A DNA stretch of 64,000 nucleotides, taken from the NCBI GenBank assembly GCA_964016885.1, contig OZ024760.1, positions 9,734,001 to 9,798,000 of the forward strand, in the 5' to 3' direction. The position numbers and the translations under genes were made by a program. The stretch is from Eledone cirrhosa. Lineage: Eukaryota. Position 1 is the stretch's first letter, and each line of letters opens with the position of its first letter. The notes under the pieces are model-generated. The model was not told where the DNA came from. It made no database searches and worked only from the letters and a program-made list of their open reading frames with translations. Positions 39,400 through 50,881 of the stretch are shown piece after piece.

Positions 39400-39596
39400 T
39401 GTTTCTTTATTAGCCACAGGGGCACAAAAGAAGGGGACAAATACAAAGGGGGAAGTTTACATACAATAAAAACGTGTAAAATGTTATCACAAATGCAATT
39501 TAAAAAGTTAGTCGATTTTCCCCAATAGGGGGAGACAGTTCATATGGGTAACACATACCCCCGCAAAAATGTGCAACCCTCAACTCCAGGAGTACG
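39400..39596 (-). mobile_element. L1/Tx1-like LINE 3'UTR insertion with TSD
   Basis: Matches 9203-9398; flanked by direct repeat AAGTAATAGATA (39388-39399, 39597-39608). Confidence 0.8.
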
Positions 39597-39626
39597 AAGT
39601 AATAGATAGAAGTATAGACAACTGAC

Positions 39627-39860
39627 CTGTCAAATCTCCCCGGGGAACGATGGCGAAATCTCCCACCCACTTTGGGGTTAGTGAGATATGTCTTCTCTTC
39701 TGAAAATGGGTATAGACTTCATTATATAAAATCTTCCCATTTTGTCTCATTTCTCCTCATTTTAGGACACCTTTTCCATGGTACTCCCCATTGCCGTTTT
39801 TAGAGGTTGGCGGGTCTGAGACAATTATTTTACGAAGAAGAAAACCGCCATTTTACTTTG
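39627..39860 (-). other. Candidate first exon of a spliced minus-strand transcript (lncRNA or long 5'UTR)
   Basis: Locally CpG-richer unique DNA starting at AAAATGGCGG, several short uORFs, donor ACAG|GTCAGT at 39627/39626. Confidence 0.55.
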
Positions 39861-39929
39861 AAAACAATAATTTCGATAAAAGTATCTTTAAAAGAAAACC
39901 CAAATTAACAGGTTTCAAGGGAGATAACT
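39845..39929 (-). promoter_or_regulatory. Putative promoter: AGTTATCTCCCTT motif plus YY1-like AAAATGGCGG
   Basis: Motifs at 39917-39929 and 39845-39854 (minus); same order as at 53617-53651. Confidence 0.55.
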
Positions 39930-40196
39930 ACAAAACATTTTGAGTAATTTCCCTTCCAATATTATTTTCTCGAATACGAGTTATCAATGATGCACTGGGT
40001 AATTGCTGGCCTTGTGCCTAAAAGTAGAAACAGTTATATGATGTATGTGAATGGTACAGGTTGTACTGTAGTATTCGTGTCTGTAGCATTGTCGTAGTGG
40101 TCCTAGAATAGCGTCTTCTTGCGATACGAGGACAGCAGTGGCTTCAGTATGGTGGGGTCTAGTATGAATGGTCATTCACACACATATATATATATA

Positions 40197-40449
40197 TAAC
40201 GAAGGAATTGTGGTAAGGAACCAGATGTACCATAACGCACCAGAGTACTCAATACTTAGGGTAGTAGAGTGGGTAATAGGAAAAAGTATGACCCCGACGG
40301 CAGAGCTCAAGCCGTTTCGACGGCTATTTCTAGACTAAATTAGAATTTTTAGCCTGATAAATAAATAGCTCGGGCTATTTTCTAATTTAGTCTAGAAATA
40401 GCCGTCGAAACGGCTTGAGCTCTGCCGTCGGGATCATACTTTTTCCTGT
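40197..40449. mobile_element. Fold-back element with mirrored hammerhead 3' halves
   Basis: Arms about 40278-40345 / 40379-40447; GAAA-CGGC-TTGAGCTCT-GCCG-TC at 40407-40429; (TA)n both sides. Confidence 0.75.
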
Positions 40450-40947
40450 ATATATATAGATATATACCCTTCTATTAACATAATTTTGCTCATAGCTTCG
40501 TACTTACATGCACACACACTCTTTTACTCACATATACACACACATTTCTTCTTAGCTTCGTACAGACGTATAATAACACACACACACAAACACATGCTTT
40601 CGCACGTGCACAAGTATAGCTCTTTTTACAAAACGTTTGTTTTTTTTTCCCATTTCAGGTAGACGCGCTCCATCATCCACTTTTCTAAAAAAATAAATCA
40701 TACACAAAACGCCTGCACCAACAGTTTTGCAAGAGATGTCAACATGAATGGGCCTGTTATTTTTATCTAAAGAGATTTTTTTCCAATTCCAACCCGCCCG
40801 TCTCCTCAATCTATCTTATTTCTCATTCTTTCGTCCGAAACGTTAAGAACCTCTTCCTGCTATATCAAGCGTTAACCTAATATATCCCTTCCATATACTG
40901 TATACTGTACCGATTGTGTTGTATTTCTGTTTACCTTTTACATACAT

Positions 40948-41008
<61 letters not shown>

Positions 41009-41009
<1 letters not shown>

Positions 41010-41605
41010 CGGGTAAAATTCCCGAGATCCATGGACGAGTTCTCTCCAGCGGTCTCTGTCCCTCATTATCGCTGCCATGTCCTGCGTCTCCAACAGACCA
41101 GTATCTTTCCTTAGGGCATCAACATACGTTAACCTTGGTCTTCCTCTTCCAGTGTGCCCATGTAGAGAATGTTGAGAAGCCAGAGGGGGTTACTAATGTA
41201 GGCGGGAAGCCGCTAGAATTGGTTGAGGACTTCCTGTATTTGGGAGCAAAAATTGGGAATACAGAAGATTATGTGGTTGAGAGGAAGAGCAAAGCCTGGC
41301 GGCGTGTCACAGCTTGAGATCGGTGTGGAAGTCGGACCTTCCTAAAGACCTGAAAATCCGCCTCTTCATTGCTGTAATGGAGTCTGTGTTGCTGTACGGG
41401 TCTGAGACTTGGACACTGACCAAGAAACTCACTCAGATGGTGGATGGGTGCTACACGAGAATGCTGAGGATGGCTCTGAACATTAATCAGTATACACTGA
41501 GGATGAAAAACTCAGAGCTGTATGGGAGCCTCCCAAAAGTCAGCTCAAAAGTGACACAGAGGAGACTGGGGTTAGCTGGACATGCTCACCGACATCCAGA
41601 ATTGA
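41009..41605. mobile_element. RTE-like LINE with 5' inversion
   Basis: 41009-41165 is the 3' end on minus; 41166-41605 is the upstream coding part on plus (LELVEDFLYLG, ESVLLYGSETW, GHAHRH). Confidence 0.85.
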
Positions 41606-41660
41606 TATATATATATAGAGAGATAGAGAGAGAGAGAGAGACACACACACACACACACAC

Positions 41661-41777
41661 AGTTCAAATCCCGCGGAGGTTAACTTTGCCTTTCATCCTT
41701 ACGGGGTCGATAAAATAAAGTACCAGTAATACACTGTGTAATTGCTGCCCTTGTGCCAAAAGTAGAAACAATTATTA
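41661..41777 (+). mobile_element. 5'-truncated SINE family A
   Basis: Starts at B box AGTTCAAATCCC. Confidence 0.8.
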
Positions 41778-41974
41778 TTTTTACCATATAGCGTGTTTCT
41801 ATCAGTAAGAATGGACATAAAATTATTATACAATTACTATAAAGTTGTAAATTTATAACAAACAAACAAAATTCGAATTTTTTTTTTTTCGTTAGAATTT
41901 TTCAACAGTGGATCATCTCCCTTAGTGATGTTTTTTGAGAATTTTTGACACCTAAATTATCTCCCCTCTCGGAT

Positions 41975-42240
41975 TTTTAGAATATTTTACCTCTTAATTA
42001 TGTCCCCGTAAGATAAAAATTAGAATTTTATTCCTATGTCATCTCCCCTAGTGTTAATTTTTAGAATATTTTACCTATTAATTATGTCCCCGTAAGATAA
42101 AAATTAGAATTGTATTCCTATGTCATCTCCCCTAGTGTTAATTTTTAGAATATTTTACCTCTTAGTTATGTCCCCGTAAGATAAAAATTAGAATTTTATT
42201 CCTATGTCGTCTCCCCTAGTGTTAATTTTTAGAATATTTT
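41975..42240. repeat. 84-bp tandem repeat (3 units)
   Basis: TGTCCCCGTAAG at 42001, 42085, 42169. Confidence 0.9.
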
Positions 42241-42333
42241 ACTACTCAACAATATTTACTCCCGAATTATCTCCACTTGAAAACATCTTTTATACATTTT
42301 TACACTTTTAGATTTCACCCTCTACCTAGAGAC

Positions 42334-42654
42334 TGACCAAGATACTGTCATGGAATGACCAAATGAAGTCTATTTTTTAACATAGTCCCTGGAACAAAAC
42401 AATGCAGTTATTAATAAGAAGAGTTGAAATTAATTGCATGCAAGATTTCACAGCTCTAACACCACTCCTTCATAGTCAGCCTATGACCAAGATACTCTCA
42501 TGGAATGACCAAACAAGGTTATTTTTTTAACATAGTCCCTGGAAAGAAACAATGCAGTTATTAATAAGAAGAGTTGAAATGAATTGCATGCAAGGTTTCA
42601 CAGCTCTAGCATCATTCCTTCATAGCTGGCCTATGAACTTTTCAGCCGACCCTC
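42334..42654. mobile_element. Two tandem partial copies of the mariner MITE
   Basis: Reverse-oriented match to 19643-19847. Confidence 0.75.
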
Positions 42655-42748
42655 TTCTAACAATTTGAAGTATTTTGGTGTATATATTCTTTTGATTATT
42701 GTTCTACTCCATAACAATTCCAAGTACTATATAAACATTATATATACA

Positions 42749-45450
42749 CTAGCTGGCCCAGTGCCATAAAAAATGATGGCTAATTGTAATAAGAGATGTT
42801 TGTTGGCTGGTTCCTTTGTACTCACTCACACAAGTGATATAAACATACAAACACACAGGTGTGATGAATTATAGAATGCTGGACTTCTATAGTTTCTCAC
42901 CCAGCCCCCTCCTTCTTCAGTCATCACATAGATGTGTGTGTATGTAATAATTATTTTTTCTAAGTGTGTCTGTTTATATATATATGTATGTCTAGATTCA
43001 TGTGTGTTTGTAATTCTATTGTCTATGTATCTTTCTAAATAAACACTTACAAACATATATACACTCACACAAATATATGTAAATATAATTTACACAAACA
43101 CACATATACACACACACAAACACTCACATAACAGCCAATGGGTGTAGCCAATTCACTATACATATACACACACAGGTGTAGTGAATATTAGTCACTGCTT
43201 AGACACCTCTTCCTTCCTCAGTCGACGTAATCACCCCTTCCTTCCTCAGTCGACGTAATCACCCCTTCCTTCCTCAGTCAACATTAACACCCTTCCTTCC
43301 TCAGTCGACGTAATAACCCCTTCCTTCCCCAGTCGACGTAATAACCCCTTCCTTCCTCAGTCGACGTAATAACCTCTTCCTTCCTCAGTCGACGTAATCA
43401 CCCCTTCCTTCCTCAGTCGACGTAATCACCCCTTCCTTCCTCAGTCGACGTAATCACCCCTTCCCTCCTCAGTCGACGTAATCACCCTTCCCTCCTCAGT
43501 CGACGTAATCACCCCTTCCTTCCTCAGTCGACGTAATCACCCCTTCCTTCCTCAGTCGACGTAATAACCCCTTCCTTCCTCAGTCGACGTAATCACCCCT
43601 TCCTTCCTCAGTCGACGTAATAACCCCTTCCTTCCTCAGTCGACGTCATCACCTCTTCCTTCCTCAGTCGACGTAATCACCCCTTCCTTCCTCAGTCGAC
43701 GTAATCACCCCTTCCTTCCTCAGTCGACGTAATCACCCCTTCCTTCCTCAGTCGACGTAATAACCCCTTCCTTCCTCAGTCGACGTCATCACCTCTTCCT
43801 TCCTCAGTCGACGTAATCACCCCTTCCTTCCTCAGTTGACGTAATCACCCCTTCCTTCCTCAGTCGACGTAATCACCCCTTCCTTCCTCAGTCGACGTCA
43901 TCACCTCTTCCTTCCTCAGTCGACGTAATCACCCCTTCCTTCCTCAGTCGACGTAATCACCCCTTCCTTCCTCAGTCAACATTATCACCCTTCCTTCCTC
44001 AGTCGACGTAATAACCCCTTCCTTCCCCAGTCGACGTAATAACCCCTTCCTTCCTCAGTCGACGTAATAACCTCTTCCTTCCTCAGTCGACGTAATCACC
44101 CCTTCCTTCCTCAGTCGACGTAATCACCCCTTCCTTCCTCAGTCGACGTAATCACCCCTTCCCTCCTCAGTCGACGTAATCACCCTTCCCTCCTCAGTCG
44201 ACGTAATCACCCCTTCCTTCCTCAGTCGACGTAATCACCCCTTCCTTCCTCAGTCGACGTAATAACCCCTTCCTTCCTCAGTGGACGTAATCACCCCTTC
44301 CTTCCTCAGTCGACGTCATCACCTCTTCCTTCCTCAGTCGACGTAATCACCCCTTCCTTCCTCAGTCGACGTAATCACCCCTTCCTTCCTCAGTCGACGT
44401 AATCACCCCTTCCTTCCTCAGTCGACGTAATAACCCCTTCCTTCCTCAGTCGACGTCATCACCTCTTCCTTCCTCAGTCGACGTAATCACCCCTTCCTTC
44501 CTCAGTTGACGTAATCACCCCTTCCTTCCTCAGTCGACGTAATCACCCCTTCCTTCCTCAGTCGACGTCATCACCTCTTCCTTCCTCAGTCGACGTAATC
44601 ACCCCTTCCTTCCTCAGTCGACGTAATCACCCCTTCCTTCGTCAGTCGACGTAATCACCCCTTCCTTCCTCAGTCGATGTAATCACCTCTTCCTTCCTCA
44701 GTCGACGTAATCACCCCTTCCTTCCTCAGTCGACGTAATCACCCCTTCCTTCGTCAGTCGACGTAATCACCCCTTCCTTCCTCAGTCGACGTAATCACCC
44801 CTTCCTTCCTCAGTCGACGTCATCACCTCTTCCTTCGTCAGTCGACGTAATCACCCCTTCCTTCCTCAGTCGACGTTATCACCCCTTCCTTCCTCAGTCG
44901 ACGTTATCACCCCTTCTTCCCTCAGTCGACGTCATCACCCCTTCCTTCCTCAGTCAACGTAATCACCCCTTCCTTCCTCAGTCAACGTAATCACCCCTTC
45001 CTTCCTCAGTCAACGTAATCACCCCTTCCTTCCTCAGTCGACGTAATCACCCCTTCCTTCCTCAGTCGACGTAATCACCCCTTCCTTCCTCAGTCGACGT
45101 AATCACCCATTCCTTCCTCAGTCGACGTAATCACCCCTTCCTTCCTCAGTCAACATTATCCCCCTTCCTTCCTCAGTCGATGTAATCACCCATTCCTTCC
45201 TCAGTCGACGTAATCACCCCTTCCTTCCTCAGTCAACATTATCCCCCTTCCTTCCTCAGTCGACGTAATCACCCCTTCCTTCCTCAGTCAACATTATCCC
45301 CCTTCCTTCCTCAGTCGACGTAATCACCCCTTCCTTCCTCAGTCGACGTAATCACCCCTTCCTTCCTCAGTCGATGTTATCACCCCTTCCTTCCTCAGTC
45401 ATCTTTAGTATGTGACAGACAAATACACAAGGTTATTATATATTAGTAGA
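42749..45450 (-). mobile_element. Non-autonomous Helitron carrying a 28-bp satellite
   Basis: Minus strand starts A|TCTACTAATATATAATAACC, ends GCCAT-loop-ATGGC hairpin + 10 nt + CTAG|T. Confidence 0.7.
43205..45400. repeat. 28-bp satellite (about 78 units)
   Basis: CAGTCGACGTAATCACCCCTTCCTTCCT. Confidence 0.95.
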
Positions 45451-45903
45451 TTATGGGGCAGCTAATCAATACATTGTTTAGATAGCATATAAAAGCTGAC
45501 CCACTCCCCTCCCCCCATTTTACCATCGATTTTTGGGGTCCAATATTCTTCAGCTTGTATTCAAGTATATTCTGTAGTTATATATACATAATCTTCTGTG
45601 TGTATATATATATATATATGTGTGTTTATATATATGTGTGTGTATATGTGTGTGTATATGTGTGTGTATGTGTGTGTGTATGTGTGTTGGGTCCCATATT
45701 CTTCAGCTTATAATCAAGTATATTCTGTAGTTATATATACATAATCTTCTCATACATGTTATTTTCCTCTAACAATAAACATGTCAAACATAATATTGAC
45801 ACTTTGAAAAAAATATATTGAAGATGGTGAGTTTGACTTTTACGCCTAGCTCCTCTCTTCTGAATACCTAATGCTGAAGTTGGCGCATTATTGCTCCAGC
45901 TCA

Positions 45904-46099
45904 GGCGGTGGATTGGCAGTATTGGTAGAGGGTCGAACGTCATGCTTTACAGCATAGAGTTACGGCCCTTTACGGTCTGAGTTCAAATCCCGCCGAGGTT
46001 AACTTTGCCTTTCATCCTTACGGCAGTCGATAAAATATAAAGTACCAGTAATGCACTGGGGATAATTGCTGGCCTTGTGCCAAAAGTAGAAACAATTAT
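45904..46099 (+). mobile_element. SINE family A, full length
   Basis: GGCGGTGGATTGGCAG head, B box GAGTTCAAATCCC, body, ACAATTATT tail. Confidence 0.88.
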
Positions 46100-46280
46100 T
46101 GTACCAGCTCATACAATTCTTGCACATCCGCCTCCTGTCTTCCATTACTCGTGAAAACAACCCCGAGACACTTGAACTTCTCCATCTGTTTCAGTAGAAC
46201 TCCACTCACATTTAGAGTGCACTGTGCAGGCTTTCTTGAGAGGATGAGTGACTTAGTCTTTGCAGCATTCATCATCAAAA
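46100..46280 (-). mobile_element. LINE RT-thumb fragment
   Basis: MNAAKTKSLILSRK...LKQMEKFKCLGVVFTSNG. Confidence 0.75.
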
Positions 46281-46639
46281 CTACCCGATGTATGTCGGAG
46301 ATCTAAGTATAAATATTGATTGATCTCAATTGACAAGATTCCAGGCTTCATTCATTTACTGAGTGAAGTGGAATTTGTCAGTTCGGACCCAAGGAAACAA
46401 TGTTTCCTTTGGTCTTTCCAATTGCTGATATTATCTACTGGTCACACTTCCTAACTGAAAGAGCTGGTGTCTTGCTCAAGGACATTACACATCAGCCAGC
46501 TTGGGATTCAAACCTACAAATCTCTAACTACTGAGTTGCACACCTAAAACCTAATATACATTCAAAATATATATTAGTCTAATAATTTCATTATAAACAC
46601 TACAGTACTTTTAAGTTAAGCTACACCCAATATTACATA

Positions 46640-47078
46640 TAAACCTGGGATGAGGTGATAAAAGCCAACCTTACCCAATTACACCTCTCAAAGGCGATGA
46701 CATACGACCGTGACCTCTGGCGTCACTTAGAAACACAGAAGACCCAACCCCCCACAGGTACAAGCCGAAGCTGAAGCATATAGACAATATGCCCCCACAT
46801 CCTCCCACTGTAAAGTGTTCATGGAGGTGTCACGGCAGAAAAGCACCTAGCCCACACTGTAAAGTGGTCGTGTAGGTGCCACGGAAAAAAGCACCCAGCA
46901 CTCACTGTAAATGAGGTTGGTGTTAGGAAGGGCATCCAGCTGTAGAAATCAAGCCAGAATCAGTTCCCGTATGAGCAAGGCATGGTCAGCCGACCGGACA
47001 CTGCCCACAACAGGACAACCCGTCTAATCCATGCTAGCGTGGAAGAATGGAGGTAAAACGGTGATGATGATGATGATG
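46640..47078 (+). mobile_element. RTE 3' fragment fused to a family-B-related SINE body
   Basis: TWDEVIKANLTQLHLSKAMTYDRDLWRH then SINE body from about 46781. Confidence 0.75.
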
Positions 47079-47122
47079 AAACATTTCTGTATAACAATTT
47101 TTATTCTTATTTACGCTGCACT

Positions 47123-47352
47123 TTAACCCTCTAGCATTTAAACCAGCTCTATCCAACCAGAATTCTCTCACCTCTATCTGTTCAAACTGGATGTAATTGA
47201 CCACTCCTACTGATGTTAAGGTATTGTTCTCAAAATAAAATAATATCAAAATCTCATAGATTCAATATTTTGTGAGATAATTATGTGAGGTAAAGTGCTT
47301 ACCATAAAAATACAATAGTATATATAGAGTAATGTAAATGCTAAAGGGTTAA
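47123..47352 (+). mobile_element. piggyBac-type MITE
   Basis: TTAA-CCCTCTAGC...GCTAAAGGG-TTAA. Confidence 0.82.
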
Positions 47353-47849
47353 TGATATTACAAACCACATTTAGTTAATTGATCAACTGATGATATAAAC
47401 CTCAGTAAGGATCAGTTGCCAGAAACTATGGAAAATGATGAATTATGGAGAGACTTTGTCATGAATATTTGATTGTGGTTACAATGATGATGAATCCCCA
47501 TTTACCTCTAAACAGTAAAATATATTCTGCAAATAGATGTTTCTCTTTTGATTATTGTCTTACTTATCACTGTTATATCAATGCCATAAATTCTATGGCA
47601 TTATTATCGCACTATTTTTCTGTTACGCCTGCTGTGTGTTTTGTAAAACACCAGCCCTATTTTAAATACATTATTTTACTACAATTGTTATTCCCACTGA
47701 AAATATATGACCTCTAATTGTTCTTTTGAATTATACACACAAAATATTTTGAAGTAATTTCAAGTAGTTTGGGTTTAACAATATAAATTCTATTTTGTAT
47801 CCATTTTAAAATATTTTAATTTGTTAAGCACAAAATATTTTTAATGTAT

Positions 47850-48062
47850 TATCATCATCATCATCAGTCCTTTGACTTCTGTAGTCGTCGGTGGGGATCC
47901 TACTGCAGAAGCAGGACACACTCAAAATATTCTATCAACAGCGGCTGTCAACAAATCTGGTGTCGTCATTTACCTCCATTCTTTGACATTGTCCAACCAG
48001 TTTTTGGTTAGCATCCCCTCCTGCGTCCACCTTCAACGGTGTCTTGCACGATGATCTTGTAT
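47850..48062 (-). mobile_element. RTE LINE 3' fragment
   Basis: Minus: IVQDTVEGGRRRG..KNWLDNVKEW, ending in (ATG)n. Confidence 0.6.
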
Positions 48063-48780
48063 AACAATTTTAATTAAAACATTTCCAAGTGTACCAAGTG
48101 TACAAATACAGTGAGAATAGTTGTTTTATTGTACCTAAAGCCTGGACTTATAGGGAATATCAGTATTTATAACTAACTATAATTTAGAAGCCTATTGAAT
48201 GCCTCTTCGTATAAGACGGTCCCTGGTTTTACAAGGATATTTTGAGAAAAAGAGAATTTTAGTTCATTTCTTCATAAATCTATATATAAATTTCTGTGAT
48301 TCTGTCACAACATGTATTGTATTACTATCTTAGTAAAACTAAGGTGAAAGCACGTAGCTTAGTGGTTAGAGAGTTGGGTTTGCAATCGTGAGGTTGTGAG
48401 TTCAATTCTCAGACCGGGTGATGTGTTATGTCCTTGAGCAAGACACTTTATTTCACATTGCTCTTTCTGCCAGGAGTTTCAACAGATAGATAGTATCAGC
48501 AATGAAAAGACCAATGGGAACATTGTTTCCTTGGTCCAATTTGATGAGGTCCACCCCACTTGGCAAGTGAATGAGGTCTGGGATATTGTTGACCAATCAG
48601 AGCAAATACTAACAGTAATACAAACTAAATTTGTTTAATCATGATTGTCCTTACTCTCTGTTTGGTGATACCAGTGTATTGGAGGCAGGGAAGATTTTTT
48701 ATGGTTTTTTTAAAAAAGAAAGTGCATTCAATAGGTCAGCAAATATGGTAACTATAAGATTTTTGCCCCACAGATTAAAT

Positions 48781-49256
48781 ATGACTTTGTTGAAAGAAGA
48801 CAGAATTAAACTGGTACTTCTCTGTGGACATGAAGGATGGTCATATCAAAAGATAGCAGATGGTTTTAACCCTTTAGCATTTAAACCAGCCATATCCGGC
48901 CAGAATTCCTTCACCTCTTTCTGTTCAAACCAGCTGTAACTGGCCGCTTATACTGATGTTAAGGTATTGTTCTCAAAATAAATAATATCAAACTCTCATA
49001 GATTCGATAGTTTGTGAGATATTATGTGAGGTAAAGCCTTTACCACGAAAATATAATAGTAAATACTAAAGGGTTAATGCACATCATCCCAGAAGGGCCC
49101 CCGTTGGCTTTTCCATGGTGGCGAAAGTAGTTAGAAAGTTTGGAGAAACAGGCAGTATCATGGACAAACCCCATTCTGGATGACCAAATGAAGGAAATTG
49201 TGATGGCGAAGTTTAATATTAGCCTATATGTCCAGACATTATGGTCACCCCTGTGT
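48781..49256 (+). mobile_element. Internally deleted Tc1/mariner element split by a MITE
   Basis: MTLLKEDRIKLVLLCG..SYQKIADGFN|AHHPRRAP..MVAKVVRKFGETGSIMDKPHSG; ends GGTCACCCCTGTG-TA. Confidence 0.7.
48866..49077 (+). mobile_element. piggyBac-type MITE
   Basis: TTAA duplicated at 48866-48869 and 49074-49077. Confidence 0.88.
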
Positions 49257-49265
49257 ATATCAATT

Positions 49266-49493
49266 TTAACTCTTTACCATTTACATTACTCTATATTTAC
49301 TATTGTATTTTCTCAGAAAAGGCTTCATCTCGCATAATTATTTCATATAATATCAAATCCACAAGATTTGATATTATCTATTTTGAGAACAATACCTTAA
49401 CATCAGTATGAGTGGCCGGTTACGACTGGTTTCAACAGAAAGAGGTGAGAGAATCCTGGCCAGATGTGTCTGGTTTATATGCTAAACAGTTAA
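49266..49493 (-). mobile_element. piggyBac-type MITE (older copy)
   Basis: Reverse complement of the 3566-3793 family, TTAA at both ends. Confidence 0.75.
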
Positions 49494-49827
49494 GCATGCA
49501 TTTTTCTCTCAAATATAAACTTTTATTTACAAATAAAAACTTTCATTCAGCAGTAAGTACAACAAATTCTTTAGAAAATGGTACTCTGGGTATCCATTAA
49601 GCTGTCAATGATATATAATTTTAAACGTTTGTTATGACCAAATTACTATTCTAATTATGTATTTTTATTTTTATTGGTGAGAACTAAACTATTTCTTTTG
49701 TACTTGCTTTTATAACTTTCTTTCAAATATTTCTTATCTTATTTTTTTATATTATCTTATACACATTTTTGTTTTAATTATTATTATTGACAATTTTAAC
49801 ACAATATTATGTATACATATAATATAA

Positions 49828-49861
<34 letters not shown>

Positions 49862-49940
49862 TTATATTATATGTATACATAATATTGTGTTAAAATTGGT
49901 GTATATATATTATCAAATGATTCTATGGACATACTTTATG

Positions 49941-50024
<84 letters not shown>

Positions 50025-50028
<4 letters not shown>

Positions 50029-50357
50029 CTCTGTGGCCTAGCGGTAGTTACTAGAGACGGTGGAGCTCCTAGCCTTGGGTTCAATCCTGGCCAAGAGAAA
50101 CATGTCACCATAGACAATATGCCCCCACACCCCCCCACTGCAAAGTGGTCGTGGAGGTGCCACGGAAAAAAAAGCATCCACCACTCACTGTAAATGAGGT
50201 TGGTGTTAGGAAGGGCATCCAGCTGTAGAAATCAAGCCAGAATCAGTTCCCCTATGAGCAAGACATGGTCAGCCGACCAGACACTGCCCACAACAGGACA
50301 ACCCGTCTAACCCATGCTAGCATGGAAGAACGGACGTAAAACGGTGATGATGATGAT
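50025..50357 (+). mobile_element. SINE with a different tRNA-like head on a family-B-type body
   Basis: TGGCCTAGCGG A box, GGTTCAATCC B box, body as 46781-47078. Confidence 0.7.
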
Positions 50358-50508
50358 ATCTATATATATACATTGTGTGTATATATATTTCTGTAAACAT
50401 TTATTTTAGTTTTTATTTAGCAATTCATTACAAACAACCGATGTCTAATCCTTTTTCCCATTTGATTGTATTTTTACTGTATAGCAATTTTAATTATACA
50501 CTATACAT

Positions 50509-50852
50509 TCATCATCATCATCATCATCATCATTTTACATCCGCTTTTCCCTGCTTGCAAGGGTGGGACGGGAACTGATTCTGGCTTGATTTCTACAGCT
50601 GGATGCCCTTCCTAACACCAACCTCATTTACAGTGAGTGTTGGGTGCTTTTTTCCCGTGGCACCTCCACGACCACTTTGCAGTGGAATGATATGGACCCC
50701 AGTCCCTATCATTTTATTTCTACAGCTGAGTAAACTGGAGCAATGTGAAATAAAGTGTCTTGCTCAAGGAAACAACACATCACCCGGTCTGAGAATTGAA
50801 CTCACAACCTTTCGATTGCAAGGCCAATGCTCTAACCACTAAGCCATGTGCC
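50509..50852 (-). mobile_element. SINE family B, full length
   Basis: Near-identical to 28551-28900. Confidence 0.9.
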
Positions 50853-50881
50853 TATACATTATATATAATATATATTATAAA

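Noticed and set aside
39750-39850. In-frame TGA upstream of ATG 39750 as possible selenocysteine
   Set aside because: No upstream in-frame ATG, no redox motif, and no SECIS identified
50025-50100. tRNA gene
   Set aside because: A and B boxes are present but there is no convincing cloverleaf, and it runs directly into a SINE body
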